Shown one piece after another: positions 38,350-50,995 of a stretch of DNA of 64,000 nucleotides (positions within the stretch are counted from its first letter, which is position 1; every line of letters starts with the position of its first letter). This DNA is from Adineta vaga (Eukaryota; Animalia; Rotifera). The stretch covers positions 10,106,001-10,170,000 of the forward strand of contig CP075496.1 in the NCBI GenBank assembly GCA_021613535.1. The letters run 5' to 3'. The notes under the pieces are model-generated. The model searched no databases. It was not told the DNA's origin and saw nothing but the letters and a program-made list of their open reading frames with translations. Made by a program: the position numbers and the translations under genes.

Positions 38350-38880
38350 TTATGTTAAAAAACTGATTGTTCGATTGTTGTTTTCATCGACAAAGCAACT
38401 TTTTAATGTTTCAGATGAAAATTGAAATGTATAACGAGTATTCGTTTTTTGCATGATATTTGATTTATAATACCATCTTATTGCTCGAGCAAACTTATCA
38501 TAAGTCATTTTTTGATTCGACTGTCGACTTTTCACTGCTTGCCATAGTTCTGCAACTTTTTCGGGTTGATGTATCTGAAAGATTCCTTTGTGACGATCAG
38601 TAAACGATGCATAGGATTCATAATGCGGTTTTGTTACAAGAAGTATCAAGAATTCGAATAGACGAGGAGATCGAAGGCGTGATGATGATACATCAGGTAA
38701 TAACCATTCCTTTCTGTCTAGTGGTATATCGGATAATTCAAATGAAACTTTATATAACCAATCATGAATATCTGCTACAGCTGTTGTAGAATCTTGATCC
38801 AAAGGTGTATCATCAATATTAAAATTAACCACATCATCCAAAAGAAATAGTTCATCATTTTCATCAATATCGTAAAACAT
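38350..38880 (-). CDS. ETS-domain transcription factor (divergent, intronless)
   Basis: RLFEFLILL...GIFQI..PEKVAELW...MTYDKFARAIRWYY...YTFQF. Confidence 0.88.
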   Translation of the reverse strand: MFYDIDENDELFLLDDVVNFNIDDTPLDQDSTTAVADIHDWLYKVSFELSDIPLDRKEWLLPDVSSSRLRSPRLFEFLILLVTKPHYESYASFTDRHKGIFQIHQPEKVAELWQAVKSRQSNQKMTYDKFARAIRWYYKSNIMQKTNTRYTFQFSSETLKSCFVDENNNRTISFLT

Positions 38881-40231
38881 TGTTAAATATTTGATTAATT
38901 GAACGCAAGAACGTAGAAGAAAATTCTGTTTGCAATTGCAACAATGCTGTTTGTAAAATACTGTGATTTTGAATGAAACAAAGGCTGAAAACGGCAATGT
39001 TTTTTTGTTGACGGTCGATAGTAAAAAAAATAGACGTAAAACACAAGTGTATGTGAGAGGAAAGAAAAAAACGTCTTTCGCCGAAACGTGTATGCTTGTC
39101 TATGGTTGTATGCGTATGTGCATGTGTCTCCATGTTGATAATTGTTCCCTTTTTATAGACTAAAATCATGTTGGAATATACCAAATAAAATAGTAACCAA
39201 GAGGCTCTTTCAAATGCGCTGGCTACTGACTTTGAAAATAGAAAAGAATAACATCATATAAATTGACTGAGAAGAAGGATTGTTGGTATTTTCGTCAAGC
39301 TGATGAGATTTCAAAGAAATACATTTTATCATATCGATACAAGTTGATCATTGAGAACATTATGAATCAGTTGTAGCGTTGTTTCGAAGAATTTTTCAAT
39401 CAAACGAAAGGTACGACTGTTTTTTTTTCAAAAGTAATGATGAGAATTCTAGAGATTTTATCAGTTTCATTCGAGATTATTTTTGTAGAATAATATGATG
39501 AACTATTTTAATACGCATTAAAATAAACTTTATTTTTCTAAGAAAAACGAAAGCAACTTTCCAACATGTGATCAAGTCATTTTCTTTTCTTTCCATAAAA
39601 CAACATCTAGATATAACGGATTGTTGACACACTTATAGACAAAGTTTTTTCTGCTCTGATAAGAATAGCGAGCAACTTTCTTCACAGATCAAAATATATA
39701 TAAATACTTCAAAACTAACCTGTTTGGTAATATTATAAGTAAATATCTTTTTCTCAGAAATTGACTTGAACTACGATAAGTAAAGCTTGTTAAACATATC
39801 GATAGATTGTATCGAAAACAGAAAAATCCCGGTATCATTTGCAATATGTCATGTGGTAATGATGATTTTGTTTGTTATATTCATATTTTTCTACTATATT
39901 CGATCATTTATACACTTATTTATGAGATATTTTTTCACACGAAATATGATTAAATATTGTTATCAGGTATGCTTTAGAAAAAAATCGTCGTTTGAAATAT
40001 TATTGAGAACGATTCCATATGATACAGCGAAAATATCAGAGAAGTCTACATTTGATTGTATCACTCTTGAGTTTTATTCAGAAATATATGGTCATATCAC
40101 TTCAACGTACCTAATATAGATTAAAATATATCTGTTCAGAAAGTACAACATTCTTCTTCATAATTGATTATATAGAAGCATATTTTCGATATTGGTTTCT
40201 TAAATTTAATTCGAACAAAAACCCACACCGA

Positions 40232-41226
40232 TCACAAAATATTCATTTCTAGAAGAATAATACTCATCACCACCAATAATACATGATTTATATCTAAGAA
40301 AGATCAAAAACATTCATAAGAAACTTTCGAAATTTTCACTTACTTTGACTTATTGCATTACTTTCAACATACGATAGTAAACATTGATTTAGATTCGCAT
40401 TACAATCATCAGTCAAACAATAACATCGATTATAAATCATCGTAGAATTATTCGTATCAGTATTTTCCAGATTTTCTTTCCATCGAATATAAAATGCTCC
40501 TGATGTTTCATTATAATCTTGTTGAACATTTGATTTACCAATCATTCGTTGCATTTTATCAATTTGATCAGCTAAAACATATTCATAATCTTCATCAGGT
40601 AAAGCAACTAATGTTAAGTAACTTCCATTATCCATTTCTAAATACATACAAACAACTGTATGATTTTGTACATAATCTTCACATTGTGTCATATTAATAT
40701 AAGGTGTGGAATCTCGTACACAATAATAGGTAGAATTTAACACACCAATTGGTGTATCTTGACAAAAAATAGCTGAATCATCAGCAGTTAACGATGGTAT
40801 TGGTGAAGGAAGAGGTGCCAGAGCTGGATTTGTATCAACAGATTGTTTACATGTTGTGAAATTTTCATTACAAAGATTTGTTGCACAAATACAAAGTAAA
40901 TCAATATCAAAATATTCGAATGGTAATTGTGAACAAAGACCATAGCCTGTATCACTCGCACTTGTAAAACCTGAACAACGTTGTGTTACAAGTCGATAAG
41001 AATTTGTTAGATAAATACAATCATGTGATATAGTTGAATCAGTACCATTATTAAAGAATTCATAAACACAATATTCACAATTAGTAAAAACATCTGTATC
41101 ACCAAAATCTGTTGCACATGTTAAATTTTGACGATTTGTAATAGTATTTAATTGGAAAGGTGAATTGTTAAAGAAACTTTCACTAGAATAGATCAGAATT
41201 GATAATAGAAATAGAAAGAAATGCAT
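40232..41226 (-). CDS. Secreted/GPI-anchored Cys-rich protein with two Ly6/LU-like domains
   Basis: Signal peptide MHFFLFLLSILIYSSES; CICATNLCN and CYCLTDDCN; short last exon encodes hydrophobic tail NINHVLLVVMSIILLEMNIL*. Confidence 0.78.
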
Positions 41227-41883
41227 GTGATCAATTTCCAATCAAGTCAAATAATGTTGTGTTGCTTTCTACTTTCTCTTTCTTTCATATAGTTTATTTA
41301 AATATCATGAAAGATTGATTGAGTATAGCCCTACAACGAAATACGAAGCAAAAAACAAATCGTGCATCAAGGACAAAAAGTTGATTATGAATAAGAATGC
41401 GTCAAGAAAGAAAAATGTACGTCGTTTGTCTTGAATAATGTTGTTTTAGTTTAAAACAAAATAATATTTTCTTTTAACCAAAAAGTACATCTCTGTGAAT
41501 AATGTTCTCTTGATGATATGGATCGACAAGCGATTTACATTTCTAACCTTTAGTACGTTTTATGGCCTTTGCTTTACAAGACATTGGTAAATTAATGGCA
41601 AGAAGTAAGTAAAATCATGAAAAAAGACATTCAATTTTTTTTTTCATATACCTTATTAGAAAAATAAAAGAATATTTATCAAGGGATCTCATCAAAGAAG
41701 AAGAAGAACGTAACAATCAATAAATCAAATAAGAATGCAATTCACGTATACGCCTGTGCAGAAGACCAAGTCTAGTAAAACTATAAAAAAATATGTCCTT
41801 CACAATAGACATCGAAGAGAGAGAGAGAGAAAAAAACGTTCACAAATATGTACAACATTTATCACAGCATGGTAAGGATGAAT

Positions 41884-43616
41884 TTAATTCTTTTCAGAAA
41901 CAGATGATAGAAGAGAATTACCATAGGATCGTTTCAATTCATTTAGATCATAAAAATATGAATTTGGTGTTATTGATTGACAATCATTTTTAAATCTAAC
42001 TTCTCTTTCATTATATAACATTCTTACTAAAATCTGATGAGGATCATCTTCATGTTGATAGATTTCCCATTGAAGATTTGCAGCCATCGATGAAACTTGA
42101 GCACCGCGCCAATGATTATTTTCATAAGTATAGATATCATTTCGATCGACTGCTTGATCAGATAAACCAGGAATTTGTAGGAGTGAAGTAAATGGAATAA
42201 TTGTTTCAGCATGAGCAAAACGAAGATGTCCCGCAATGGTTTTATTCGGATGTTCAATACATGTATCAATAGACGAAAAGAAATCGATTAATAATGGTTT
42301 TGCCATGTCATAAGTAACTGTTCTTCCTTCGATTGATGGACCTTTGATATAAAATTCCTTGAAAAGAAACAAAACGTAAATAAGAAAGATCAGTCCATAG
42401 ATGATTTACCTGGGCATCATTGATATATGCAAACCACTTTGATTCTTCTTGATTGAAGTATTTTGCTAATATTTTGATTGAATGAGATTCATTAAGTGCA
42501 GGTGCAATTGAGAACATATTATAAAGCCAGAGAACAACATTAATTTCATTTGTTTTTTTTGTTTCATTAAATGAATCAATATTTTCATTAGATAAAGCAT
42601 TTTCATACTTTCCATTGATTAATAAATTAACAAATTCGTTTTGATAGATTCTTTGTAAAACTTGTTGAGCTAAGATTTTTGTTTGTTCGGAATTTTTAAT
42701 TGTATTCAATTTCGTTCGAATATGTAAATCATTTTTTTTAAAATCCATATATCTTGAACATATTTTATGGAAATAGAGTAAATTTTTATTGGGATTTTGA
42801 CTTGATATCTGGATTAGATTGAGATTTTGTTAAACCAGAAAGAAAATGTTCGGCACTATCCATTGCACGTTTTTTTCCACTTGTCATGACATGAATCGTA
42901 TTGGATGAAGTAAATAATGATTGAAAACGAGAATACAAACGTTCGCCAATACCAATATGTTCAGTTTTACCTAATTCAGTTAATTCTCCACGTCTATTTA
43001 CATAACAATAAACTTCCACATATGAAAAAATAAGATGATCAACTTACCCCAAGGAATTATTTGCATCCATAAATCGTTCAATATCTTCTTTTAATTGTTC
43101 ACCGAGAGGTGTTAACATATTCTTTTGTTTAGCTAAATGCCAAATTCTTAAAGTTTGAAGATCATAATCATGACAAGTAAGAGTTCGACTTCCATGTCTG
43201 GCAAGAAGTTGTACACAAACAGGTTTATAACCAATAGGCGTTGAACTTAATCTATATTCATGTGATGGATTTTCGTATGGTGTTTTTGTTGAATAATGTC
43301 GTATATGATCATCTTCATCAAAAGCAGTGGATACATTTGAATCGTTTAAAATGGATCGTTGAATATGTAAACTGTTTGTTCGAAGGTATTTTGAAGTCAA
43401 AATGATACTTTCAGTACTAGAACTTCTATTCAATTGTTCAATAAAGTGAATTTGATGAATATCATCCATATTAAATAAGGTATATAAAGTTGAATCGTAA
43501 ATATGATAAAGTTTCCATAAATATGGATAGAACTGCGTTGATGTTTTATTGGAATTCTGATTCATTGTTGTATACAAAGCCATCCGATGATTTTTACAAG
43601 TGATATCTATAAACAT
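41884..43616 (-). CDS. Histidine acid phosphatase, MINPP/phytase-like (bacterial type); 2 introns; frameshift at ~42796-42806
   Basis: YSTKTPY, ARHGSR, G|RGELTELG, LLYFHK, DAQ|EFYIKGP, LRFAHAETIIP, MAANLQWEIY, VRMLYNERE..FK..C...YFYDLNELKR. Confidence 0.88.
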
Positions 43617-46331
43617 AAGTTTTATCTTTTCTTTGTATATTCACCTAGATCTATCTATAGAATTTTATCTTTGGACTATGGAATTTACTTTATAGCTCTG
43701 AATGATAATCAGATATTGATTGTGGTTATACATATATATATGTATCGGTTGGATGGAGATGATGTCATTAATTGAGGATTTTCACAAGATTATGTAATTA
43801 CTCGGTCAAATGAAAGAAAAGGAAATTGAGGCAATGATTTATTCTCATTATTTCTTTATAGCAAAGAACAAAAAATTTATGTTTTTTTTTAGTAAAAATA
43901 ATATTGAAAAAGAACATGAATATGCTAATGAAATTCGTCATTTTTTTCTCATTTCCTTTCTTGAATATCGTGTATATTGTAAGTAGCTATTTATTAGAAA
44001 TGAAAAGATTTAACTATACAATGACGTTATCAATGTTTTGTGTGTATATATCGATAACTAAACTTATCTTTTCATATGTTAGATAATTGCTTTGAAGTAG
44101 CGTTATAAAAAAAAAGTACCTCATGCATAAGAAAATATAATAGAAATATAATGTTTCTATTCTGATATTTTATATAATCCTATCCTATCCTAATTCAAAT
44201 GTAAAACGTGTGAACTATACTGTCTTTTTTTTTCGAACATATTTTGTAATCAAAAGACAAAATCGATTGTCTGTCAAAATATATAAACAGCTGTGTCATT
44301 ACCTTTTCTTCCTTCTTGTTAACTTGTATAGTCACAGCACGTGTATATCCTCTTCTATTGCATTCAACTAGTAACTATGTAATAGAATTATAAAAGAATA
44401 GGAGTATCGTCAAGCACAACGGACTGTTTTCTTTTCAAGACGTCACTCAGTAACAAGCAGCTGGCGTTACACATATGCATCCCACCTAAAATTGTTTCAT
44501 GAAAAAGAAAGAAGAGAAAAGAGGAATGACGTAAATTGTTCGCATTAAAAAAAGATGGAGAAAAAAGGTGCTTAAAACAGTGAGATTCTTATTTATAAAA
44601 AAAGAAAAGAAACATCTACGTCGTATATAAGTAATGAATTAATTTCCTCAAGTTAGAAAAGAAGAGGATGTATACAACGACAGGAATAGTAAGAAAGTAG
44701 TTTTATGTTGGAATTATTCTATCGTAGAAGAAAATAAGCGAGAGAACGTAAGAAAAAGAACGAGTATATACGGATAATACGATTTCGGTAAGGTCTGTCT
44801 CGTGATATATTATATCTCTGCTAATATCACAGTAGGATTGTGTATCTGATGGATAAGATTTTTCTATATTTTACTCCATACGTCTGCCAATAACAGATGT
44901 TTATCAGTTCTAAAGAAAGTTGGTCTTTCTCGGAAAAATAAACTATTTTCGAAGCTTATTTTCTGATGAAAAAGAATACTTTTGACTTTTATTCAAAAAT
45001 TTCTTTGAAATGTTCTTTTATTATATATATATATCACTATTTGTCATACTCTAATGGTGATCGCATAAATCATCCTTATCATTCGCTTATGATATTAACC
45101 AAATATATCGTTTTCGTCCGTTTCGATATGATCACATAATTCTCATCCATAAAAAACAAATACATTCAAAACATCAATCAATTGAAATGCATAAGATTCT
45201 TTTTGAAAAGAAAAACAACAAACAAATTAAATCATGAATCATCACATCAACTATTCTATTAGATTTGTCGATGTATAATTCTTTTTTATTCTTCACATGG
45301 CAAAATCATGACATAGAAAACGCTAAACAAATCCCTCTAGGAAAAAAAGAACGCATTTTACATACTTTTCTGTGATACATTAATCTTGCGTGCACTTTTA
45401 GCGGATTGGTGTATTATATATTGATTGAATTTTATGAAAAGATGCATTTACTTGTCAAAATGAATTGCGTCAATCATAGAAGGTAAATAGACATATCAAG
45501 ATATTTTATCATTAGACGCATTTAAACGCCTATGAATCCACAAAGGATATCTAGGTTTATTTCTTTTTATGAATTAAATATTCAATATGTTATATAAATG
45601 ACATAGTGAGAAAAATCATGTGAAAAACAAAGCAGTGACTTTTTAAATATATATCTACATGAGCACAATGATTTCGAAATATCAGATGCGAATGAAACAT
45701 CAGCTGATTATCTTCTAATTTACTTTTCAACACAAAACCGATTGCATTAGAATAGTTGAAGAATGTATTATTTTTGGAACTTTGGTGCCCACTTTTACGA
45801 CAAATAGATTATTCTATTCGTGAGAAATGATATCAACTGTATTAGATTTTCTTTTCTATCTCTCATTAGAATAATTACTAAAATTTTTGCACAAATTAAT
45901 ATCAATCTAAGAAGTTATTCTAATGATCAAAATCAACGTAAACATGTTTTGTATTTATCATTTATTATTAAAAAGAAATAAAAAAAATATCCTTGAGGTA
46001 TTAAGCATCGTATCAATCATGAAAAAAATATACCTTTCGTTCTCTTCTTCTTCTTCTTCATTAATTTAACTCAACCGAGGCAAGAAAAAAAAACATCGAA
46101 CAAAATCAATTCAAACGGTTATCATTTGACTCGAACACACGAAATACAGGTAAATACCAAAATAAAAACGTAAAATACAACTGCTCTATTTAACCAAATA
46201 CGCTATAAGTTTCAATTTCTGAAAATTGATTTTCGACTCAGAAAAACAATTTATTAGTCTCGCGTAAGTATATCAAATCAACTACGCATTGACGTCATTC
46301 GTTAAATTCATCTACTTTTAATTTAAGAACG

Positions 46332-47288
46332 ATGATGCCTCGACGTTCATGTATACGTAAACTATGCAATCCAAGTAATATTATCAATCGAAAATGTTCA
46401 CCTAAAGATACAGATGAACATATTATATCGGATATGCAATTCAGTCCAGATAATACATGGAAGAAAAAAGTACAAATACAAGTTAAAGTTAATAATGCAT
46501 TGAATTATCCGGAAATTGAACCACCAACAAATCATTCACAATCGATTTGTTTTCGTTTAAATCCTTCGATATCAAAATCTTTACCATCATTAGAAATGAA
46601 AAAGAAAAATGTCGCTATTGAACTTTATTATAATGCGAAATTGCAAGATAAGATTGATCATTGTGAACCAAAACTTCATGTAGATCTTTCCTATTGTCAA
46701 ATAATTGATCGTGATATGGTCATTATTGTGAATCAAATTATTCTCGAAAAAAAATGTACAGAACTTTGGTTGTATGGAAATCATATAACATCACAAGGAA
46801 TTGCGATATTAGCACAAAGTTTAGTTAGAAATTCGACATTAAAAAGTCTTGATCTTTCATTTAATCAAATTTCGGATGCTGGCGTACGTTTTCTCGCTGT
46901 TTCACTTTTACCTGATCAATATTCTGCATTGAAAATTGTTTATCTAAGTAAAAATGGCATTTGCGATGATGGTGCAATGTATTTATCTGAAATGCTTCAA
47001 AGAAATCGTACGATAACTGAATTATGGTTATCAAATAATGAAATTGGAAATCGAGGTGTTAAACAATTAGCTAATGTCTTAGCATATCATAATGAAACAT
47101 TGAAAGTTTTATCACTTTCAGCAAATATATTCATAACTGATTTATGTTTAGATGATTTAATTAAAATCTTTGAACATAATGGAACATTAAAGAAAATTTG
47201 GATGAAAGATTGTAATTTTTCGGAATATACAAAATTGAAACTTGTCGATCGAGCAAAACGAAAAAGTCAAATTCATATTGATTTATAA
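46332..47288 (+). CDS. Ribonuclease-inhibitor-like (NLRC3-type) leucine-rich repeat protein, stand-alone
   Basis: Repeats such as LKSLDLSFNQISDAGVRFLA and ITELWLSNNEIGNRGVKQLA. Confidence 0.88.
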   Translation: MMPRRSCIRKLCNPSNIINRKCSPKDTDEHIISDMQFSPDNTWKKKVQIQVKVNNALNYPEIEPPTNHSQSICFRLNPSISKSLPSLEMKKKNVAIELYYNAKLQDKIDHCEPKLHVDLSYCQIIDRDMVIIVNQIILEKKCTELWLYGNHITSQGIAILAQSLVRNSTLKSLDLSFNQISDAGVRFLAVSLLPDQYSALKIVYLSKNGICDDGAMYLSEMLQRNRTITELWLSNNEIGNRGVKQLANVLAYHNETLKVLSLSANIFITDLCLDDLIKIFEHNGTLKKIWMKDCNFSEYTKLKLVDRAKRKSQIHIDL

Positions 47289-47509
47289 CATTTCTTTACA
47301 TATATATATATATTTTTTTTTGTTTGTTTAATAAAAAAAATAAAACTTTCCAAACAATCTTGATCATATTCTACGTTTTGTTTTCATACTTATCTTTACA
47401 TAGAAAGAAAGAAACAACAATAACAACAGACGATGATCATACCATATTTTTCTTATCAGAAAATACATTAGACAAAAAAAAACATAGTTTTTGAAAGAAT
47501 AAAATTATA

Positions 47510-48235
47510 ATGACAATGGAATATCCTTGGTATGTTTATTGTTCTATTGAAATGCTTCTAATGACGATACCATATTATGGTATTAATTTCTATGATTATT
47601 TAACCAAATCAAAACCATGGAGACATGAAATTCAAAAACGAAAATCACAAGGTATTGAATTACAAAAGGCTTCTATTCTTTCACATACAATTACACATTT
47701 ACTTATTCGTTCTTCTATATGGTATTTTCATATTTATTATCCAACAATGTCAAAAATCAATTCAATTTCATTGATTTCTTTTATAATTAAAATGATTCTC
47801 TACGATGGTATAGGAACAATCTTTCATCAATATCAACATTCATCTTATGGTCGACTATTTAATCATTTAAAACATCATCAATTACGTACACCAACATTAG
47901 CTAGTTCAGCATACTTATCATTAGGAGAATTAATCTTAAGTAATCATATTGGATGGATATTAATTGGTTTTATTCCAGGTTCATTTTGGGATCATTGTTT
48001 ATTTCTAGTTTTATCATCATTAATCAAAAGATTATGTCATAGTAATTATGATCATCCATGGGAAAAAACGAAAATTTATCGATGGTTAAAATTAGTTGGT
48101 TCACATGAACATCATGTACATCATTTACATCCGAATAAAAATTTTGCTGATTTGTTTATTTTTTGGGATGAATTATTTGGAACTTTTCTTGATCCAAAAC
48201 ATGTCAATGGAATTCATAATTATGAGGAAATGTAA
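47510..48235 (+). CDS. Fatty acid hydroxylase/sterol desaturase family membrane di-iron enzyme, intronless
   Basis: His boxes HQYQH, HLKHH, CHSNY, HHVHH followed by NF...F.FWD.LFGT. Confidence 0.85.
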   Translation: MTMEYPWYVYCSIEMLLMTIPYYGINFYDYLTKSKPWRHEIQKRKSQGIELQKASILSHTITHLLIRSSIWYFHIYYPTMSKINSISLISFIIKMILYDGIGTIFHQYQHSSYGRLFNHLKHHQLRTPTLASSAYLSLGELILSNHIGWILIGFIPGSFWDHCLFLVLSSLIKRLCHSNYDHPWEKTKIYRWLKLVGSHEHHVHHLHPNKNFADLFIFWDELFGTFLDPKHVNGIHNYEEM

Positions 48236-48687
48236 AAAATATGTTTTAAATATCAAATGAAATAAAAAAGGTATCTGACAATAATCTGAACTTCTTCATT
48301 TAAGTGCCATGAACTTTGGAAAGCAAAAGTGATGTTTTCGGATGATAATTACTAATTGATAACCTTGAAAAACGAAGAAACATTTAGCACGTTAGATGAC
48401 ACTATTACTAATATGTACATTATCTTATCATTTTCTTCTATCAAGGACGTATCTTATATTTAACGTTGATAATTAATTGTATAATTATCGCGATTTTATT
48501 TAGGTAAAAAATATATATCAAGGTTAATCTGACTTCTAGAAATTGAAATCTTTCTCTTGATAATAAAAACTTTCAACTGGATAACTCTTTAATGAATCGT
48601 CAATGCTTATTGTAAATAGTTCATATTATTATTTTTTATCGAGATACGACAAGGTAAATAATCAAGTAAAAATGAATTAGTTGTCAG

Positions 48688-49121
48688 TAGGGATGCAACA
48701 ATTCCAATCCGATTCGATTCCAATTCTAAAATTGATCGGAATTGGTTAGAATTGGAATTGAAAGGAATTGGTTGGGATTGGGATTGGTATAGAATTGACT
48801 GGAATTGATTTGGAATCGATTTGAAATTGACTCGATATGATCAAAAACTTCGACAAAATGGTGAAATTAGATACGAGATTGAACAAAGATGGTTATAGTT
48901 GATGAAAATCACATGGCTTTTGGTTGAAATGGATCAAAAGTAAAATTGGTTATGTTTCGGTTGTTAATTATTTTGAGTCGATTCCAAATCAATTCTACAC
49001 CAATCCCAACCAATTCTAATCAATCCCAACCAATCCCAATTCCAATTCCAACCAATTTGGACCAATTCCAATCCTAGAATTGGAATTGAGATTGAATGGA
49101 ATTGGAATTGGTGCATCCCTA
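48688..49121. mobile_element. Non-autonomous hAT-type MITE, 434 bp
   Basis: TIRs TAGGGATGCA(A/C)CAATTCCAAT; perfect 8-bp TSD GTTGTCAG at 48680-48687 and 49122-49129; subterminal GGAATT/CCAATT arrays; no ORF. Confidence 0.92.
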
Positions 49122-49579
49122 GTTGTCAGAAATTCCCTTCTTAAAATGTCGGAAAAAGAATAAAATTATCGCTGCTTAATCTTGTACTGACATGAAAGAA
49201 AATGCAATTACATATCTCATTTAAAAATCGAATGGAATTGTCATATCAAAGACGTGGAATAGTAATATACAACTTTTCTTTTCTCTCAATAAATTCGATG
49301 TGAACAAGTTTCAATAACTTGCAACAAAATATTGTTATGTTTGGAATATTTCAATATTATGAAGTATTATATTCTTTATTTTACTAATTAAGAGAAATGC
49401 TTCATGACTTTTCACGTAGAATTTATGTCAAATATAAAATAGAATTAGTCTGAAAAAGAAAGACTAATGTTTTTAATGATACTTTTCTATTACCATCTTC
49501 ATTTAAACATGCATATATATAAATGTACTTATATCTTCTTACCATTATCATATTAGAAGTTAGACAATTGCGACAAGAC

Positions 49580-50593
49580 ATGTCCATACAAAATGAAACA
49601 ACAATTGACTTATTTGATCTTCTGTCAACTCAAATGAATCGTTATTTTACATTGATTGTATTTTGTTTTGGTGTTATTGGTAATATTCTTAATATTATGA
49701 TTTTATCTCAGCGAACTCTTCGTTCCAATTCTTGTGCATGGTTATTTCTTATATCATCAGTGGCAAATCTCATTTCAATTGTGTGTGGTCTTCTTACTCG
49801 AATGAAATCTGGGTGGGATTTCGATTTTACTGAAACAATCGCATGGTTATGTCAACTTCGTGCTTTTATAGTTTTTACATCTCGAACAATTGCACTCTGG
49901 TTAATTGCATTAGCATCGATTGATCGATGGCTTTTATCATCAACCAATGCAAATTATCGAAGAAAAAGTTCATTAAAAAACGTTCAAAAACTTGTTATTA
50001 TTATAACGATTCTTTCAATACTTTTCTACGGTCAAATTTTCTTTTGTTATGATGCAAATCTAACAACAACTCCATTGAGATGTTATGGTAAAACAATTGA
50101 ATGTCGTTATTTGGCAGATATTACTTATATCATAATCACCATTCTCTCTCCTCTAATTACAATGCTTTTATTTGGCTTAATGACCATATCAAATATTCGA
50201 CAAAGTCAACGACGTATACACAATCTTTCTATAGAAGTTCTATCACAAAATCACGTGAGAACAAGTTCAGATAATCAACAAAAACGAACCAAGAAAAAGG
50301 TTGATCATCATCTATTTCATATGTTACTTATTCAAATAATTCTTCTCACTATTCTAACACTTCCACAAGCTATACAAAAAATCTACTCAACAATCACTGA
50401 TGATACTAGTTTTATTAACGATATCAATCAAGCGATGAATAATTTTATTTATAGTTGTGCTGTTCTTTTATCATTTCTTGCCAGTGGAATGCCATTTTAT
50501 ATTTATACATTATTTGGTGGAGATATCTTTCGAAAAGCTTTATATAAACTCCTTCAAACCATTGTAACAAAGATATCTTGTATAAAGGAATAA
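49580..50593 (+). CDS. Class A 7TM GPCR, same family
   Basis: GVIGNILN, SNSCAWLFL, LCQLR, IDRW, GMPFYIYTL; likely ATG at 49580 by comparison with paralogs. Confidence 0.92.
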   Translation: MSIQNETTIDLFDLLSTQMNRYFTLIVFCFGVIGNILNIMILSQRTLRSNSCAWLFLISSVANLISIVCGLLTRMKSGWDFDFTETIAWLCQLRAFIVFTSRTIALWLIALASIDRWLLSSTNANYRRKSSLKNVQKLVIIITILSILFYGQIFFCYDANLTTTPLRCYGKTIECRYLADITYIIITILSPLITMLLFGLMTISNIRQSQRRIHNLSIEVLSQNHVRTSSDNQQKRTKKKVDHHLFHMLLIQIILLTILTLPQAIQKIYSTITDDTSFINDINQAMNNFIYSCAVLLSFLASGMPFYIYTLFGGDIFRKALYKLLQTIVTKISCIKE

Positions 50594-50886
50594 ATGATGA
50601 AAAAGAAAATTCTTTGCTATTCTTTTCCGACATATGTCACATGATGAGATTATTCATATATTCTAAAATCCCTCGAACTTTCTATTATAGAACAAGAATT
50701 CATCTAATATATTTTCCTTTTAATTAAATGAATTTTTATTACCTCGAATATGTTGTGCGTCAAAGGTTTTCTGTGATAAATCAAAGTTTACTAACTGTAC
50801 GCTTCATATAACACACTTCCTAACATTCCATGTTAATCTTTTCCTTCTAAATCTCACATCTATTTTTGACTAGATTCATTCGTTAA

Positions 50887-50995
50887 ATGTTTCTATCATT
50901 AGAAATTGATAACAGAATATTGTTAAATGAAATAACAGTACAAATCAATCGTTATTTCGGAATTTGAATTCTTGAAAATATATTTATTTTATCTG
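50887..50995 (+). pseudogene. 5' remnant of another GPCR of the same family
   Basis: MFLSLEIDNRILLNEITVQINRYFGI*ILENIFILS resembles paralog NNLTIQIDRYFGV...ILNILVLS. Confidence 0.6.

Noticed and set aside
39787-40119. 110-aa hydrophobic ORF
   Set aside because: Non-ATG start, AT-driven composition, no motifs
46290-46297. Perfect CRE palindrome TGACGTCA upstream of the LRR gene
   Set aside because: A single 8-mer is near chance expectation in 64 kb; no supporting evidence
48700-49110. GGAATT/GGGATT repeats as telomeric or CRISPR-like array
   Set aside because: No unique spacers or regular period; explained as MITE subterminal repeats
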